Shown: in pieces, positions 1 to 13,254 of the stretch | How positions within the stretch are numbered: the stretch's first letter is position 1 | Layout of the letters: every line of letters starts with the position of its first letter | Source of the DNA: Perkinsus olseni | Lineage: Eukaryota | Length of the DNA stretch: 64,000 nt | Assembly (NCBI GenBank): GCA_013115125.1 | Contig: JABANN010000048.1 | Coordinates: 1-64,000 of the forward strand | Direction: 5' to 3' | Made by a program: the position numbers and the translations under genes | The notes under the pieces: generated by a model | Database searches by the model: none | Told to the model about the DNA's origin: nothing | Seen by the model: the letters and a program-made list of their open reading frames with translations, nothing else

Positions 1-571
1 TTAATCTGTTATCATTCACTCACCATGGCTTCGGGTTCATCAAACAACACAGGGTCTCCATGGAACTACAACAGCGCACCTTCAACTCTGAACTGGTGAT
101 TCCCAAAATCCAATGGAGTCCTCGGGTAACTCTATTTTCCCGTTCCTGCCTCCATCCGCAATTCAGGTTTACTTTCTGTAGCCTTTTCCTGGCCGCTGCG
201 CGCGGTTCCTTGGATTTTGTCCTTCACCGAATTTTGAAGACTCACTTGTCCCCCTCGAAATTGAATTGAGTTGAGTACTCGTCATTAGATATGGTTAGAA
301 AATATAGGATATACAATGAATCCTATTGTACAGGCCACTGCGATCAGTCCACGCGGGTCGTACATACGGCGATGAACGCCAGCCCGTAAGCCGGGTAATA
401 CGGTTGGAATTGAGAGTTGTGTAAGCTCACTCACTTGTGAAGATTGGTTCCCACATAAAGGGAGCGCGACGGCCTACCAAATATCTATGATGTTTTGTCG
501 AGAACCTTAAAAGAAAGCACCGACAATTCAGCATATCCGGAGATCAGTTCCACTTTTGCGATCCTTCAATA

Positions 572-3500
572 ATGCAAGTCGAACACAGTGGCACTCTCAT
601 CGCCGGTAAAAACTGGCTCGGCAAGCTCACGGCCATGAGTTGGAGCCCACGGGCTGACAGAATGGCAGTCGTTGGGATGGATGGCAAAGTACTTCGACTG
701 TCGAAGTTCGACATCTACCGCTTACCCAGGCAACGTTGACCATAGTTCGTAGGTTCACTTGATTAACGAACTAGGCGAGCTGAGAGACAGTTTTCCAACC
801 AAGCCGCAGGACAAGGAGAATCCAAGGTTCGTATCTGGGGAGTAGCTTGATGGTGAACGAGGAGGTTTGCAGGTATATGATAACGAGCATGAGCTTCTCA
901 CCAGACGGCGCTCGTGTAGCTGTTGGTCAGAGTGACTGTATCGTATACGTGTATAAAATTGGAACCACCTGGGGAGACAAAAAGAGCATTTGCAACAAGT
1001 GGCCCCAGACGTCGGCAGTGACGTGCTTGACCTGGCCGTCGTCCCAACCTACACAACTGGTTCTGGGACTGGCTGATGGCCGTTTAAGAGTGGCTAACTG
1101 CCGAACTCAAAAATGCGCAAATCTTTATCACAGCCAGGCTTCGGTCGTATCCCTATGCCAGAGTCCCGATGGTTACAGCGTCGTTGCTGCGCATTCTGAT
1201 GGAAGCCTGTTTCGCTTCACATTCGAATCCGCAGTCACTGGTGCCCCCCAGATATCCCAGCTAGCAAAACCTTCTAGTATCTGCTCAGTAACGTCAGTTT
1301 CGTGGGGGTTATGTGCACTGGTGGTGGTGGGGACAGACCACCTTGTGAGGTTCTTCGATTGCGATAATGGACGTGAGACCGGAGCTTTCGATTACTCCGG
1401 CCATCCGTCGCTGGGAAGAGGTGAGAAATTGAGTTCACGAGAATCTCCTGGCCCGTCACCTCAGGCCAGCTTGGATGTTGTGCTTTTAACCCTCCTGGGG
1501 ATACTCTCGCTGTCGGCGGACTGGGGACTGTTGCACTATTTAGTTGCAATCTTAACTCACAGGAATGGTCCGAGGTAGTGCAATGCTGTAACGACGGGGC
1601 ATCGCTACGGATCGCATCGTTCCCTTTGGGTTTCCGTCATTGGCCCTGTGCCCGAGCTGCATTCCCTCACCTGCCTAGCCTGGAGACCAGATGGTGCGAA
1701 ATTATATGTTGGGAATGTCGCCGGGGAGTTGGATCAGTTCGATATATGCTGGAAGAGAATACTGTAGGGTTGCGTCAATCGTATTTCGGCGCCCTTCGTG
1801 CGCTACCCAGTTACCGTGGTGAGTGGGAACTGCTCTACACCTCACCTTCTCAAGTGACTGTCAAGAGGATCAGTGTTGCTGGTAGAGGACTCAATGGAGT
1901 GAAATCGGAGTCCGGGGCATAGCTACTCAGATAACAGCGCACAGTCTTCCACTGCTATAGTATTCAAAAGTACCGCCGGGGACGAGATAACGAAGGTTGA
2001 TATACACAATGTATGCGAGTGCTCTGCCGGGCCCGAAACTGGGTGGGGACTGGGCGAGATTTTAGGACCAATTCATCGTAGCGTTTACCCGAGATACCCT
2101 ACTCCTGGGTAACATGGACTCGAACAAGCTCTCAGAGGTAAGCACCTTGCGAAGACGCTTTCTTTGGCCATAATTGAACACTCTTTTCGAGGTTCCGTGG
2201 AGCAATCATACTCGTACCAAATTCTTCTTCGATAACCCAGATGCAGTTATGGCGTTCAAATCTGGAGAGTTGCTCCTTATTGGTAATGAAGTTTCTCTGT
2301 GCGCTTCGCTCTCTGTGCCTTTCTGTCACTCTTGTTTAGAGTACGGCGAGGACGATGTCATGGGGTGTGCTCGAACAGAGTACGTTTCACCTCATCTGAT
2401 AAGCTATCGGTCTGTTCCTGCTCATCTGACCTCGTCATCTCATTCCTGGCATACTCATAGTAAGATGCTTTGAGGCAATGTCGCATCCCGGAACGACCTT
2501 TGGCGAATTCACGTCTCAGATCTGCGGACTCTTGGCGAAACTGCTTCTGACAGTGGCTTGTCTGGGAAGGACCATCACGACAAAATGATGGTCATGGCGT
2601 TCTTGTTCGATGCCAACACCATTCGAGTTAACGATGTCCGTCAAGCTAAGTCTTTAGCAACAATTGAACACGACTGCAAAGTGGGCTAGACACCCTTGGG
2701 ATGTCGAGGAAGATGTTTCTCCAGGTCGATTGGCTATCGCTCAACCCTGGCACCGCCCATAGACTACTCTTCCGCGACAAACGACATAGGCTGTATCTGT
2801 ACGATCTGCAACAACAGCAAAAGACCGCACTCTTGTGAGTAAACCACAGATCTTTAACAATAACAATTTGCCGTCCCAGGCCTTACTGCAATTATGTGAA
2901 CTGGGTCCCAGACTCGGACGTTGTTGTGGCGCAATCAAGAGACGAGCTCTGCGTATGGTGAGACTATGAGCACTGAGTCATTATCAAACGTCGTGTGCAG
3001 TTTGGATGCATCAGGTACTCGATAGCTACTCTGGATAGGATAACCAAGCATATAATAAAGGGGGATATCGAGGATATAATCCGTGCCAATGGACGAACCG
3101 TCGTGCTCGTCGACGAATCTCCGAGCAACCAAGTGGAAATGCCTTCTCATTCTTGCTGCTTTCAGTACGCTGAGCAGGTTGAGTATGAGCTGGACGAAGC
3201 TCTGATCAACTTCTCTGCTTCTCTGGAGCGAGGCCATTTTGCTATGGCTGTCGATGTCTTGGAATATCTTCCGCTTGGGCCAGAAACCACTGGTATGACT
3301 TTGAAACTGCCCCCGTCCGCTCCAGTTGCTGCAGGTATGTGGCGTCAGCTCGGCTCTGTTGCTCTGGATGCTATGTGTCTACCTGTGGCGGAGCGGTGCT
3401 ACGCGGTCCTAGGAGAAGTTGAAGTCAGCAGGTTCGGCAACCGAACCGTGTTCTGTAGGCGCTGGAAACTCTCTTCTACAGGGAGCTGCGGAAAGTTCAG

Positions 3501-6500
3501 CGTCTGGCACGGAGTTGCGGCGAGGATGCGGAAGGTGACACGGTGGAGCGGTGGCTACTATCCTTAGTGTACGTAGAACACTCATCTCATGCTGAGTAGA
3601 TGAGAGTGGACTGAATCATCCTACCGTGATGGCTCGCATCGCGGTACTGAAAAAACAGTTCTCCATAGCAGAGGAGATATGCATCGAAAGTGGCCATCTC
3701 GAGGATGCCATACGTATGTATCAAGAGATTCACAAGTAAGAGACTAGAGCTCGGGGGTAGCTGACTGCACTCGAGCTACTCTCGAGGTACGATGAGGCAA
3801 TCCAACTGGCCGAACGCCACGGCTATCCCGATGTGATGAGACTGAAAACAGAATATCTACAGTGGCTCCTGGAGACGTGGGCCAGCACAGGGGGATGAGA
3901 CTTGGAGCATCCCCCTCACAAGCTCAGGCATCAAGAAGACTCGGCAGGTGAACTCCATGAGAGAGAGGGCAACTTTGAAAAGGCGATAGCTCTTTATCTG
4001 AAGAGTGGAATGGCAGCGCGGGCAGCAGCCGTGGTCGCTAAGCATCCTGTACTCACGTCTGAAAGAGTACCAGCTAACAGCGTCCGTAGCAGTTGAATTA
4101 TCCTCAAGAGCTGCTTCAAAAGATAGCGAGCTCGTTGAAGGCTGTAGGATGCGAAAGCAAGGCTGGAGAGTTATACGAGAAAATGGGTTAGGCCAGCCAG
4201 GGCATCCTGCCTATCGAAGCATTCATCTTCAGGCATGCTTCAACCTGCGATGGATTCGTATAGACGAGGCCATGCGTACAACCAGGCTATTGAGCTAGCG
4301 AGGAGGCACCGGCAGTTCGCAGCGGTGCCCATGCTTCATGCGGAATGGGGCGATCATCTCGTTTCTAATAGGTCGGAGGCGAGGTGAACAATTTTCAGTA
4401 TATAACGGTGGTCTCAGGTATTATGAGAGCGCCATTGACCATTTTTCTCAAGCCAATAAGCCCCAGAAAGCGATTCATGCCGCAGTACAAGGCAGGCAGT
4501 GGTAGGGTTTTTAGAATATATACACCCCTCACATGGCGCTTGATAGCTGCATTCCTTCACTATCCAGGGCACGCGCGGAGCATTTGCTGGCAGAGTTGGA
4601 GGCTACAGGACAGGACTCGAGCATAGATCCCGACTTGAGACAGCTTCAAGAGAAGCTTGGGGATCACTTCTCATCATTGAAGTAATCGTTACAAAATTCA
4701 TAGTCCTGCTCGGGAGCTAATGGATTCAGGCAGCATCAGAAGGCTGAACGATGCTTTCTGTCGGCTGGTGCTATCCAAAAATGTGTTCAGATGTATGTCA
4801 ATGCCCAGGAGCACGACCAAGCCTCAAGGATCGCCAAGACAGTAGAGAGTCAAAGGCATGTTATTTCAGAAAGTCTGTGCCTTTCAGCATATGTCCCAGA
4901 GGGATCGAATTGAGCTGTACACTGGCATGGCTGAGAACCTTGAGTGCGAAGGCAAAACTGCCCAGGCTGAAGAGCTATACATAGTGGCTGCTGAGTACGA
5001 CATGGCTATAGAAATGTACAGAAAGATGGAAGATTACCTCAGCATGATGAGGTATCGCGTGTAGTCATTGGATGTTGAACAATCGCGCGTTATAGGCTAA
5101 TCCGCAAGTACAGGCCGGAGATGTTAGACGACACCTACAGAACAGTTGCAGAGCAGTTCGAGTCGAAGGGTAACTTCTCGAAGGCAGAGCAGTACTTCTG
5201 CGAAGGGGTAATGATTTGACAGTCGAATGCGATAAGTATTGAGATACGACTGGCGTGCTTCGTCAGCCCGGTGATATGTGGGAGTCTGCTGTATCCATGT
5301 ACCGCCGACGTGACCGATGGGAGGATGCCAAGCGCGTCGCCAAGGCTCGGGGAGGTGATATGGGTTACAAATTCCAATAAGTACCCGCGCTGTACTGTGT
5401 CCACGCACAATAGGAAAAGACGCATTCGAGAAGGTGGTTGTCGACCATGCGCTTGCCTCATGCCGAGACCTCATTTCCGCTGCCCGTATGATAGCGAGCA
5501 GCGGCCTCGTAGACGCCGCTATTGATCATGTCATCAACCTCGAGGTGATACGCTTATGTGCCCTTCGATTTTATGTGGGGAATCTTGATAGGATTACTCT
5601 GTTGCCATGCTGATAGCAGAAGAGTTTGGCGCTGAGCGAAGGATACCAGACATCCACCTGAAGCAAGCAATGCATTTGGAAGACACTGGCCGGTGCTCAG
5701 CCACTTATTGCTAAACTTCCTGATGGCTCTACCCAGATTTGCCGAGGCCGAGGCTGAGTTTTTGCTGGCCGGTAAACCAAGAGAGGCAATAGATATGTAC
5801 ACTCATCAGAAAGATTGGGTAGTCTGCACTGCTCCGCGGCACAAAGCCAATCACATTTCTACACCAGGCTGCCGCACTGCGCGTAGCTGAGATCAGCGGT
5901 GATGAAGATTCGAAGATACCCGTTCTAGAGGCTAGCGCAAGGTTCTAACCTCCACTTCCTAGGAGGAAGCGTATTGTTCGTGCATCGTAGGGACTTCGTC
6001 GACCAAGGCCGTTTCGGTGAGGCCGAGAAGGTTTTGATTGAGGCTGGCAAACCTCGTGTCATCGTTGAGGTATGCAGCAGAGGGGCAACACTCGATGTCT
6101 ACCTCACGTGCTAGGTTTACCTGGCCAACGGTATGCATCAAGAGGCTGTGCGTGTCTGCCGTACTCACTGCCCCACTCTTCTTCAAGAGGTATGAGGGAT
6201 GCACTTCTGTGCCAATGATACTCCTCATTGTGTCGAGGTTATGAAATATAGCGGACCCACAGACTTAGTGGGTCCAAGTCAGCAGCCTCCCTCCCAAGCG
6301 ACACTGCCCGCTAGAGCCAGCGTTGATGACCTACTAAGGGATGCTAAGGTGAGGAATACATCTAGGCAGTCGGAGCTCGACTCATTCTAACTTTTTACCA
6401 CCGGGCAGCTCTTGGAAGAAGCCGGGGAGTATTCAAAAGCTATTGACCTCTACCTGGAAGCTTCCGGTAGGTGCGATTGTGTTATCTCACGCTATACCAT

Positions 6501-8452
6501 CATTCGTGTTGAGGTTTCGACATCAGCCCTGATAGGCTAGAGAACATTCTAGTCGACAGCGCCGTACGAGTCGCAACTCATTTCCTTCCACAACGGTAGT
6601 GGCCCATACTTCAGTCCGGCGGCAGGGAACTTTGATTCCAGGTATACTGAGGTGGCTAGGAGAGCTGCAAGCACGCTGGAGACGTTGAAACGCTATGGCA
6701 TTGCTGCGGAGCTATACGAGAGTACGGACAAAGTTCGTGCGGCCGTCGAATGTTTGATGAAGGCAGAAGAATGGGTAGGGGATAATACCAATAAGGTGTC
6801 TCCTCCGTTGTGACGTCTAGGACCGTGCGATTGAGCTGACCAGGCAGAAGCTTCCCTCAATGACAGCATCGGTCGAGGAACAACATAGAGGTGTGTTGGT
6901 GAAAAGCGGCAAGGTGGATCAACTTGCGGGAAGAGGTGATGTGGTTCATGCTCTGGATGCGTAAGATCGTACCTATCGGCTCTGAGCACCGTTTACGGGC
7001 TCAGATATGCAAGGTCGGGTGAATGGACGAAGTGCTTGACCCTTGCCGAAACTTCAGCCCCTCAACACATGCAACACTACGTGCTGCAGTACGTGAAAGT
7101 AATGCCTCTTCTTCAGGAGACTATATTCTCGCCGTCGTGGTTGCAACTGCTAGATGGTAGTTACTGCTTCCGGAAGGCAAATTCGAGGAGGCATGCAGCA
7201 CTTTGCTTCGATACGGACCATACGAGGTACTATAATCGATGCTATCCTCTCACACCAACTCCGAGTTCAGGATCCTGAATCTCTGGATATATACCGAGTG
7301 ATGGTGTCTCGTTTACTCTCAACTTCTCCACCTGCAATCTCGGAGAAGGTCTACGAAACGACTCTCCTACATTCACGAGACCTGCTTCTCAAAGTTAGAC
7401 TCTTAGAAAGCTCATTTTCATGACTACGAAGGGCAGGTACTCGGAGACTGCGGCATGTCTATTCCATCGCCGAGTGGTATAGTCGAGGCCGTGAAGGATG
7501 ATAGAAAGGATCTTATTGAGTATTTATTGGCTACTCACTTGCTCTTAATGGGCATTGCATGCAGAAGTAATATGAAAGCTGGCATGCTGATCATCTCCAG
7601 TTCTCTGACTCAGATTATGGAGTCGATGAAGGGGTCATATGCAAAGCAGCAGTGAGCCTCTGCCGCTACTGCAATGTGGTACCTGTTGACCGTGTGTTCT
7701 ATAACGCGGTAATACAAACCGTGCGCCACTAGGCTATTTGAGCATCAACTCCTTCGATTCACAGGGACTAGAATGTAAGAAGTGTGGTGATGTGTCCATG
7801 GCATTTTTCTTCCTCAATCGATATTTGGATCTTGTGGATGCTATCCGCGACCCGGACAACGCCACCATAGACAACTCAGTGAGACCGATAGCACATATCG
7901 AATGGTTGTCTCATGCAGCAGTTCTCGTTCCAGGACTTCATGGAAACTGATATCCCTTCTCCGTATGACATCAACCTGCCTAACGCTGTTTACGGGGATG
8001 ATCACCTCGTCGAGGAGGCACGAGATTGGGTGAGGTCGGGTGAAGCTCTGAACGGGTACGCTTTCATTGATTGAAGGTTCTGGGATGGTCCGTTGACAAC
8101 AGAGTTCAGCAGCAGATGAGTACTCGCCAATGCGATCAATGCGAAAACGATATTTACGCAGCTGCACTGGCCTGCCCCAAATGCTGTTTCAAGTATCCAT
8201 GAACTTCGTCAGCTCAGGCTATCGTGATGGATAATGGGCATCAGATACTCACCCTGTGTTGTGACTGGGTACCCGGTACTAGCAGCTTCAAAAGTCGCGT
8301 GTACCAACTGTCGAGCAATGGCCAACAGAGATGATTGGAACGAGTGTGTCCCTCTCCACTCTTCGTGATATCGACGCGACTCGGATCGCAGGTTCATCCG
8401 AAAGGCTCGTGCATGTCCATGGTGTAAAGAAGCGCAGGGGCCTTTCTTCTGA
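572..8452 (+). CDS. IFT172: Intraflagellar transport protein 172 (N-terminal WD40 repeats, TPR-like repeats, C-terminal Cys-rich end); many short introns
   Basis: Spliced translation begins [26 protein letters not shown]. It contains [71 protein letters not shown] and [15 protein letters not shown]...DFMETDIP, and ends [13 protein letters not shown] (TGA 8450-8452). These match recalled IFT172 sequence. Confidence 0.95.
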
Positions 8453-8801
8453 TACATGGAACTTTTGACATCCTCGTGTCGCTCGTCGTAGATGGTTCAG
8501 CCACGTCTCTCCGAGTACCTGTCGTGTTGCTAGTACGTAGAGGTCATCGTGGGTTGTGAAGGACTTCTTGTGATAACCAGGGACACGAATCCCAATTCGG
8601 GATAGCCGTGAGCGACTGCGTAGTGATAACACAGCGATCGCCTTGAAGAATCCATGTGCTTGCCAGTAATACTGAATAATGGCCCAATATTCATCTGGTT
8701 CGGGTTTTGTTGACTGGAAATGAAGCGAATGGTGGTGACGAGATCGTGATGAGAATGGCTCGCCCTCACGGAGCACATGGAACACAGAGCCCCGATATAT
8801 A

Positions 8802-10631
8802 TCAGAAACACATGCTCTCAGAAACAAATCTAGGAGTATCACTCTTTTTCATCATACTCATCAGAGCCCGCTTTTGTTCGACGAGCGGTAAGCGTGAGAT
8901 CCGGCGGATATCGTCCTCTACCAATGTAAATACCTTCCACCCATGGCTCTCCAAGTAGCGGACCTTCCAGTTCGTCGCACCATCAGGAAACTTGTGTCCA
9001 GAATCACCGAGAAACTCGATGTAGTGGTGACTTCCATTTACCTCGACAGCTAGTTTCTCGTCCGGTTTGGCAATATCGACGACAACTCCTGGAACCACTG
9101 CGTATTCATGGCACCACTCGGAACCAAGTATGAGGCACACCTTTGCATGGAGGGCACTGCTCGAAAGCACTCTGGCTCCGGGATCACTTGCTATGGGCTC
9201 CTGTAGAGTGAGGCTCGCCTGATAGAGTTGAGCTCGATGAGCTCGTTCGTACGGATTTATTCTCGTTGCAAGCTGGCGTGCAAACAGAATATCCGTACAC
9301 CCACACATAGCAAATAGAGACCAGAGTGTGATAGCGGCTTCCTTTGACGTGAACTCCTCAACTGGTTGTTGACGAAGGACAGCATAGAGGACAGGGACGA
9401 CTTCACCAGCCCCACGGCCGTCGAACACAGCGATCGCCCACAGAATGCGAACCGAATTACCAACATCCTTCAGTAGCTCGGCATGCCACTTGACCACCCA
9501 TTGATAGAGGCGACTCATCACGTTGGAAGGGAAGCACGAGGCACATGCACATGCCCAGAGGAAGAAAGACATCTCTCGGGGGGGAGAGTCAACACTTAGC
9601 ACCTCTGCGAGACTCCGAAGCTGTGCCGTCACTTTCAACACTGACATTGTCGAAGCCGCTTGTCCGAGAGCGAAGGCATACGACGCACGATCCTGCTCGT
9701 TTATCATCTGCATCGATATACCGGAAAGTCTTTCCGGAGATACGGCCCAGGCTATGGTCGATGGGTCCCCACTATGGACGAGCGCCCATATTGCCATAAT
9801 AGCATCCCTCGCGTTCGGCTCAGTCCACTCTCGACGAACAGTGGGCACAAGTGTGTCGAGTTCAGGTCTCCATTCACCAGCAGACTTCACCACAGCCCAA
9901 AGGACATGCACGGCCTCTCTCAGCTTCAGATCCTTTCTTTTACAGCAAGTATCAACCACCTGCGATGGCAGAGATAAGCCCGCCTTAGCCAATCCGGACA
10001 ACCCCATAGCAATGTCTCGCGCTGCCACGGAGCTCCAATCGATATGGCCCTCAGAGAGCACTCTGTTGAGAGTGGCCAAGTTGTCTGTAGAGAGCGCAAG
10101 CCTTCCCACAGCCCAGAGTAGCATTCCAACGTCTTTTGATGACAGAGCCTCCACATTCGACAACGCCTTGGCGATTGCGGTATGGTACAGCTGCAGCACC
10201 GATCGAGTCAGTCCTCGATTCACAGCATTTTCCGGGTTCGCTGCACAAGAGGCGATACTCCACGACAGACTGCAAATATCCTGACATTCTACCGCCTGTG
10301 ACGCAAGAGGAATCAGCCTGTCGAACACAGTGTGATTTGGCGAGACCCCAAGCTTGAGCAGGAGGAATATAGCCTGAGCAGCCAGCGACGCGTTTAGCGG
10401 CTTCTCAGGCGTTCCACTGGTGACCAAGGCTCCCATCAGTTTATCAAGATCCTTGGCTGCGAGAGACGGCCTCTCACCTCTGCTCACGTCTCTACTAACA
10501 CATTTATCAATTTGTCGCAATGTCATTATACAGTACATAGGCGTGTGAGCTTTCTTCCAGCCCGGGACATTGAAAGGTCGCAGTAATCCTTCGACTGTCT
10601 TCCCGCCTCCGCGCAGCGAGCGATTCAACAT
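8802..10631 (-). CDS. Helical-repeat (OPR/HPR-like) RNA-binding protein with C-terminal RAP domain; intronless
   Basis: 609-aa ORF. C-terminal VDIAKPDEKLAVEVNGSHHY...DGATNWKVRYLESHGWKVF is a RAP-domain pattern. LW(A/S) motifs recur at roughly 35-39 aa spacing (LLWAVGRL, VLWAVVKS, AIWALVHS, FLWACACA, ILWAIAVF, TLWSLFAM). Confidence 0.85.
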   Translation of the reverse strand: MLNRSLRGGGKTVEGLLRPFNVPGWKKAHTPMYCIMTLRQIDKCVSRDVSRGERPSLAAKDLDKLMGALVTSGTPEKPLNASLAAQAIFLLLKLGVSPNHTVFDRLIPLASQAVECQDICSLSWSIASCAANPENAVNRGLTRSVLQLYHTAIAKALSNVEALSSKDVGMLLWAVGRLALSTDNLATLNRVLSEGHIDWSSVAARDIAMGLSGLAKAGLSLPSQVVDTCCKRKDLKLREAVHVLWAVVKSAGEWRPELDTLVPTVRREWTEPNARDAIMAIWALVHSGDPSTIAWAVSPERLSGISMQMINEQDRASYAFALGQAASTMSVLKVTAQLRSLAEVLSVDSPPREMSFFLWACACASCFPSNVMSRLYQWVVKWHAELLKDVGNSVRILWAIAVFDGRGAGEVVPVLYAVLRQQPVEEFTSKEAAITLWSLFAMCGCTDILFARQLATRINPYERAHRAQLYQASLTLQEPIASDPGARVLSSSALHAKVCLILGSEWCHEYAVVPGVVVDIAKPDEKLAVEVNGSHHYIEFLGDSGHKFPDGATNWKVRYLESHGWKVFTLVEDDIRRISRLPLVEQKRALMSMMKKSDTPRFVSESMCF

Positions 10632-11193
10632 CTGTAGCTAACTCTGGCTGAACGATAAAAGTCAAGTGCAAACACTCTATTTAGCCAGCTGAACACAACG
10701 AGGGAGTCCTCAACGGAAGCTAAGTCCAAAATGTGTACGAGTATTGTTACAATTACCAATTGTTGCAACACTACTGTACTGCGGCAGGATTTAAACAAGC
10801 GGATGTGTCCCAAGTGAGCCAAGCTCAAGAGATCAGAGTAGCCGGCTCTCCACCGACGTCACGCTGCCTGATGATACAGGCTACATCCAAGCCGAGAAGC
10901 CAGGAGTCAGGAATTTGGGATCAAATACGCAAGTAATATGAGGTAGTGATCAACGAAGCTGAGGGTTAGGTTCTACTCAGCAGGCCACTGTATCGCCGAC
11001 CTTCACCCGTGGCTACAGTGATATCAAATATATAATCGAACCACATTGTATGACGAACCACGAGTGTGACTCTATATGGACGGCGTTAGACGATGGAATA
11101 ATGACAAGTTGACGAGAGGCAGCTTCGGTGTAGCTTTCGTACTCGAAACAAGCGGCGGACTGGAGATGTTGCAGGGTGCTCAGCTCAGCTGAG

Positions 11194-13151
11194 TCAGCTG
11201 CGGTCTCTCTCATCATCCGCGGTTGCCAATTGGGTATCAGGGTTATCCATCAGGCACAACAGTTGGTAAGGATTAACATCATCTGAAGGTTGACCGTCAC
11301 AGCTGAGCGTGTCACGGGGTTACGCAGGGATGAACATCCAGATCGTGCACACGTTCGCATTCACTACCGTTGTCTTCTGCAGCCTCCAATGGGTTCTCTA
11401 CTGTTTCAGAATTCCTCTGAGCTTCAATATCTCTGGCTTCGTTTATGAGAAGTGTGCAAGCCGTAACTATCGTATGCAAATGGGGATGGACCTGAATGCG
11501 TGAGTCTTCCCTCAAGGACTTCAAAGCATGCACATCAAGTTGATGCGTTGGTCCGAATTGTTGATGTCATCAACAATTTGGATATCAGCAATCTGACCTG
11601 CTGGCTATTCTTATCAGGATGAAGGCTGAGCATCCAACGACGAAGCCGCCGCCGAAGGTCATCCTCATCGAGAGGCTCCTCGGGGCTGAGTCCGATTGTC
11701 TCCCGAGCCTGCGAGCCGACTCAGCTAATTGGCATTTCGGATTGCGCGCTTACCGCTTCGATCATCTTCGCATGAACAAGCTTGCCCTCGAAGATCTCCT
11801 CACCCTCGGATTGGGGCACCAGCTTCTTAGCTACACACGAGCGCTCAACGAAAAAATTCGAGTGAGACTGAAGTTCAATCAACCCGATCGGGTCATGCGA
11901 TCCTACCTGCCTTATCAGACCAGCCAAATGTTGCATCGCAAATATTGAAGGCAACACCACCAATGATGGCCACAATCAGGCCAGCTCCGGGCACAATAGT
12001 CAGTGCGCACAACCCTGCGTTTGCAGCACCTCGCATGGACTGAGAATGACAACATATTACCGACGGCAGTTTGAACATGACGGTTTCCGATTCGGCACTC
12101 ACTGCTGCTGTGACCTTCCGCCGAGTAGTACGGACGTGAAGCTTCCCCTGCTTGCATTTCCGTACGTGATAGCCCACTTCGCACGCAGTGATCGCAGCAG
12201 ACACCATGACACCCTGAGGCGGCACGGCTGGGGCTCCAATGGCCCAAGGCTTACAAGAAGCCGCCGTTGGCATGTGGTAGTACCAGTCCTGTTCCCATGC
12301 CCCTCATGACCGTGGCTGCTCCAACGTTGTTAGCTGCGTCAAACATAGCACCTGTAGCATTATGCTCAGATCGCGAATATCTCGGCATGGCTTGGCCGAT
12401 GGTGGAGACATGTTTACCAGCTCTAGAAAAGCCAATCATGCCACCCATAACGGCCGCCCCCACCGTTCCACCCATCACAGTGCCCCTCGCAGCACCCACT
12501 CCCGCCTGACACGATAACGGAGTCAGACTATCACACAGGTATCATCGTCATCAATTGCTATTACCTCTTTGACGACCTTCACCCAATCTATCGAGAGTTT
12601 GCCAACATATGCTACTACCAGACCCGCAGCCTTCTCAGACATCGGTGGATCAGGCACAGTCATAAGAAATGTTCGCAAAGCCATTTGGCGCTCAAGTTGC
12701 TGCCTGAGATGAATCAGGAATACTGATGTCTCCGCGATCAAGACCTTAGACCAAACACGCAATATGTGGTTGGACGTGACACTACTTCCTGTAAGAGTCT
12801 ACTCCCTTAGTAACTCCGCAGGTTACAGCAGATGTGGCCGCGCCGAAGACGTTACTTGAAACGAGGGAAGAATTGGACGTTTTCACGGCCTAAGCAAAAC
12901 AGCGACACAATGATTAGACTACGAAAAGTAGCTACTGCCATGTCAAGTATAAAGCTAGCACGTACCCTGTGCTTCTTCAAATGTGTCGAGTCGATCTTGT
13001 CTGTAGGTGATGTGAGCTTCTCTCCGTCCTTATCAGTATCCGACTTGACCGGTGCTATTGATTCGAGGCCACTCGCGGCTCCTGTTGCTGGGATTGGAGA
13101 GCTGGACAAATACGCCGCATCTTCAGATACTGAAGTGACGGGCTCGACCAT
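11194..13151 (-). CDS. J-domain (DnaJ, HPD) protein with glycine-rich hydrophobic segments; spliced
   Basis: Exon at ~11598-11710 reads ARETIGLSPEEPLDEDDLRRRLRRWMLSLHPDKNSQQ (HPD motif). Upstream exons encode GAARGTVMGGTVGAAVMGGMIG and TIVPGAGLIVAIIGGVAF. Both ends are approximate. Confidence 0.65.
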
Positions 13152-13254
13152 CTTGGACTCATGACCAGGGGTAGTCACTGAAACCACGTAATGTTCTATC
13201 ACCGCTCCTCACAAAGTGAAGAGGATTTGACCTCTAGAGCACAGCGCAAATGAA

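Noticed and set aside
1-270. Possible 5' exon(s) of a minus-strand gene running off the window
   Set aside because: Only a short candidate exon (FHGDPVLFDEPEAM before a GTGAGT donor) is visible, which is not enough to call.
7582-7613. Possible GC-AG intron in IFT172
   Set aside because: A canonical GT donor at 7567 gives a same-phase 47-nt intron to the same acceptor.
572-8452. Apparent frameshifts and stops suggesting pseudogenes here and in other fragmented loci
   Set aside because: The breaks coincide with short GT...AG introns, and splicing restores continuous conserved protein.
8288-8842. 184-aa minus-strand ORF between the RAP gene and IFT172
   Set aside because: It overlaps both neighbouring CDS ends and has no recognisable motif; it is probably UTR sequence, although a small gene is not excluded.
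9523-10284. 253-aa plus-strand ORF and similar long antisense ORFs (e.g. 20545-20997, 47436-47987, 48555-48899)
   Set aside because: They are shadow ORFs opposite well-supported genes.
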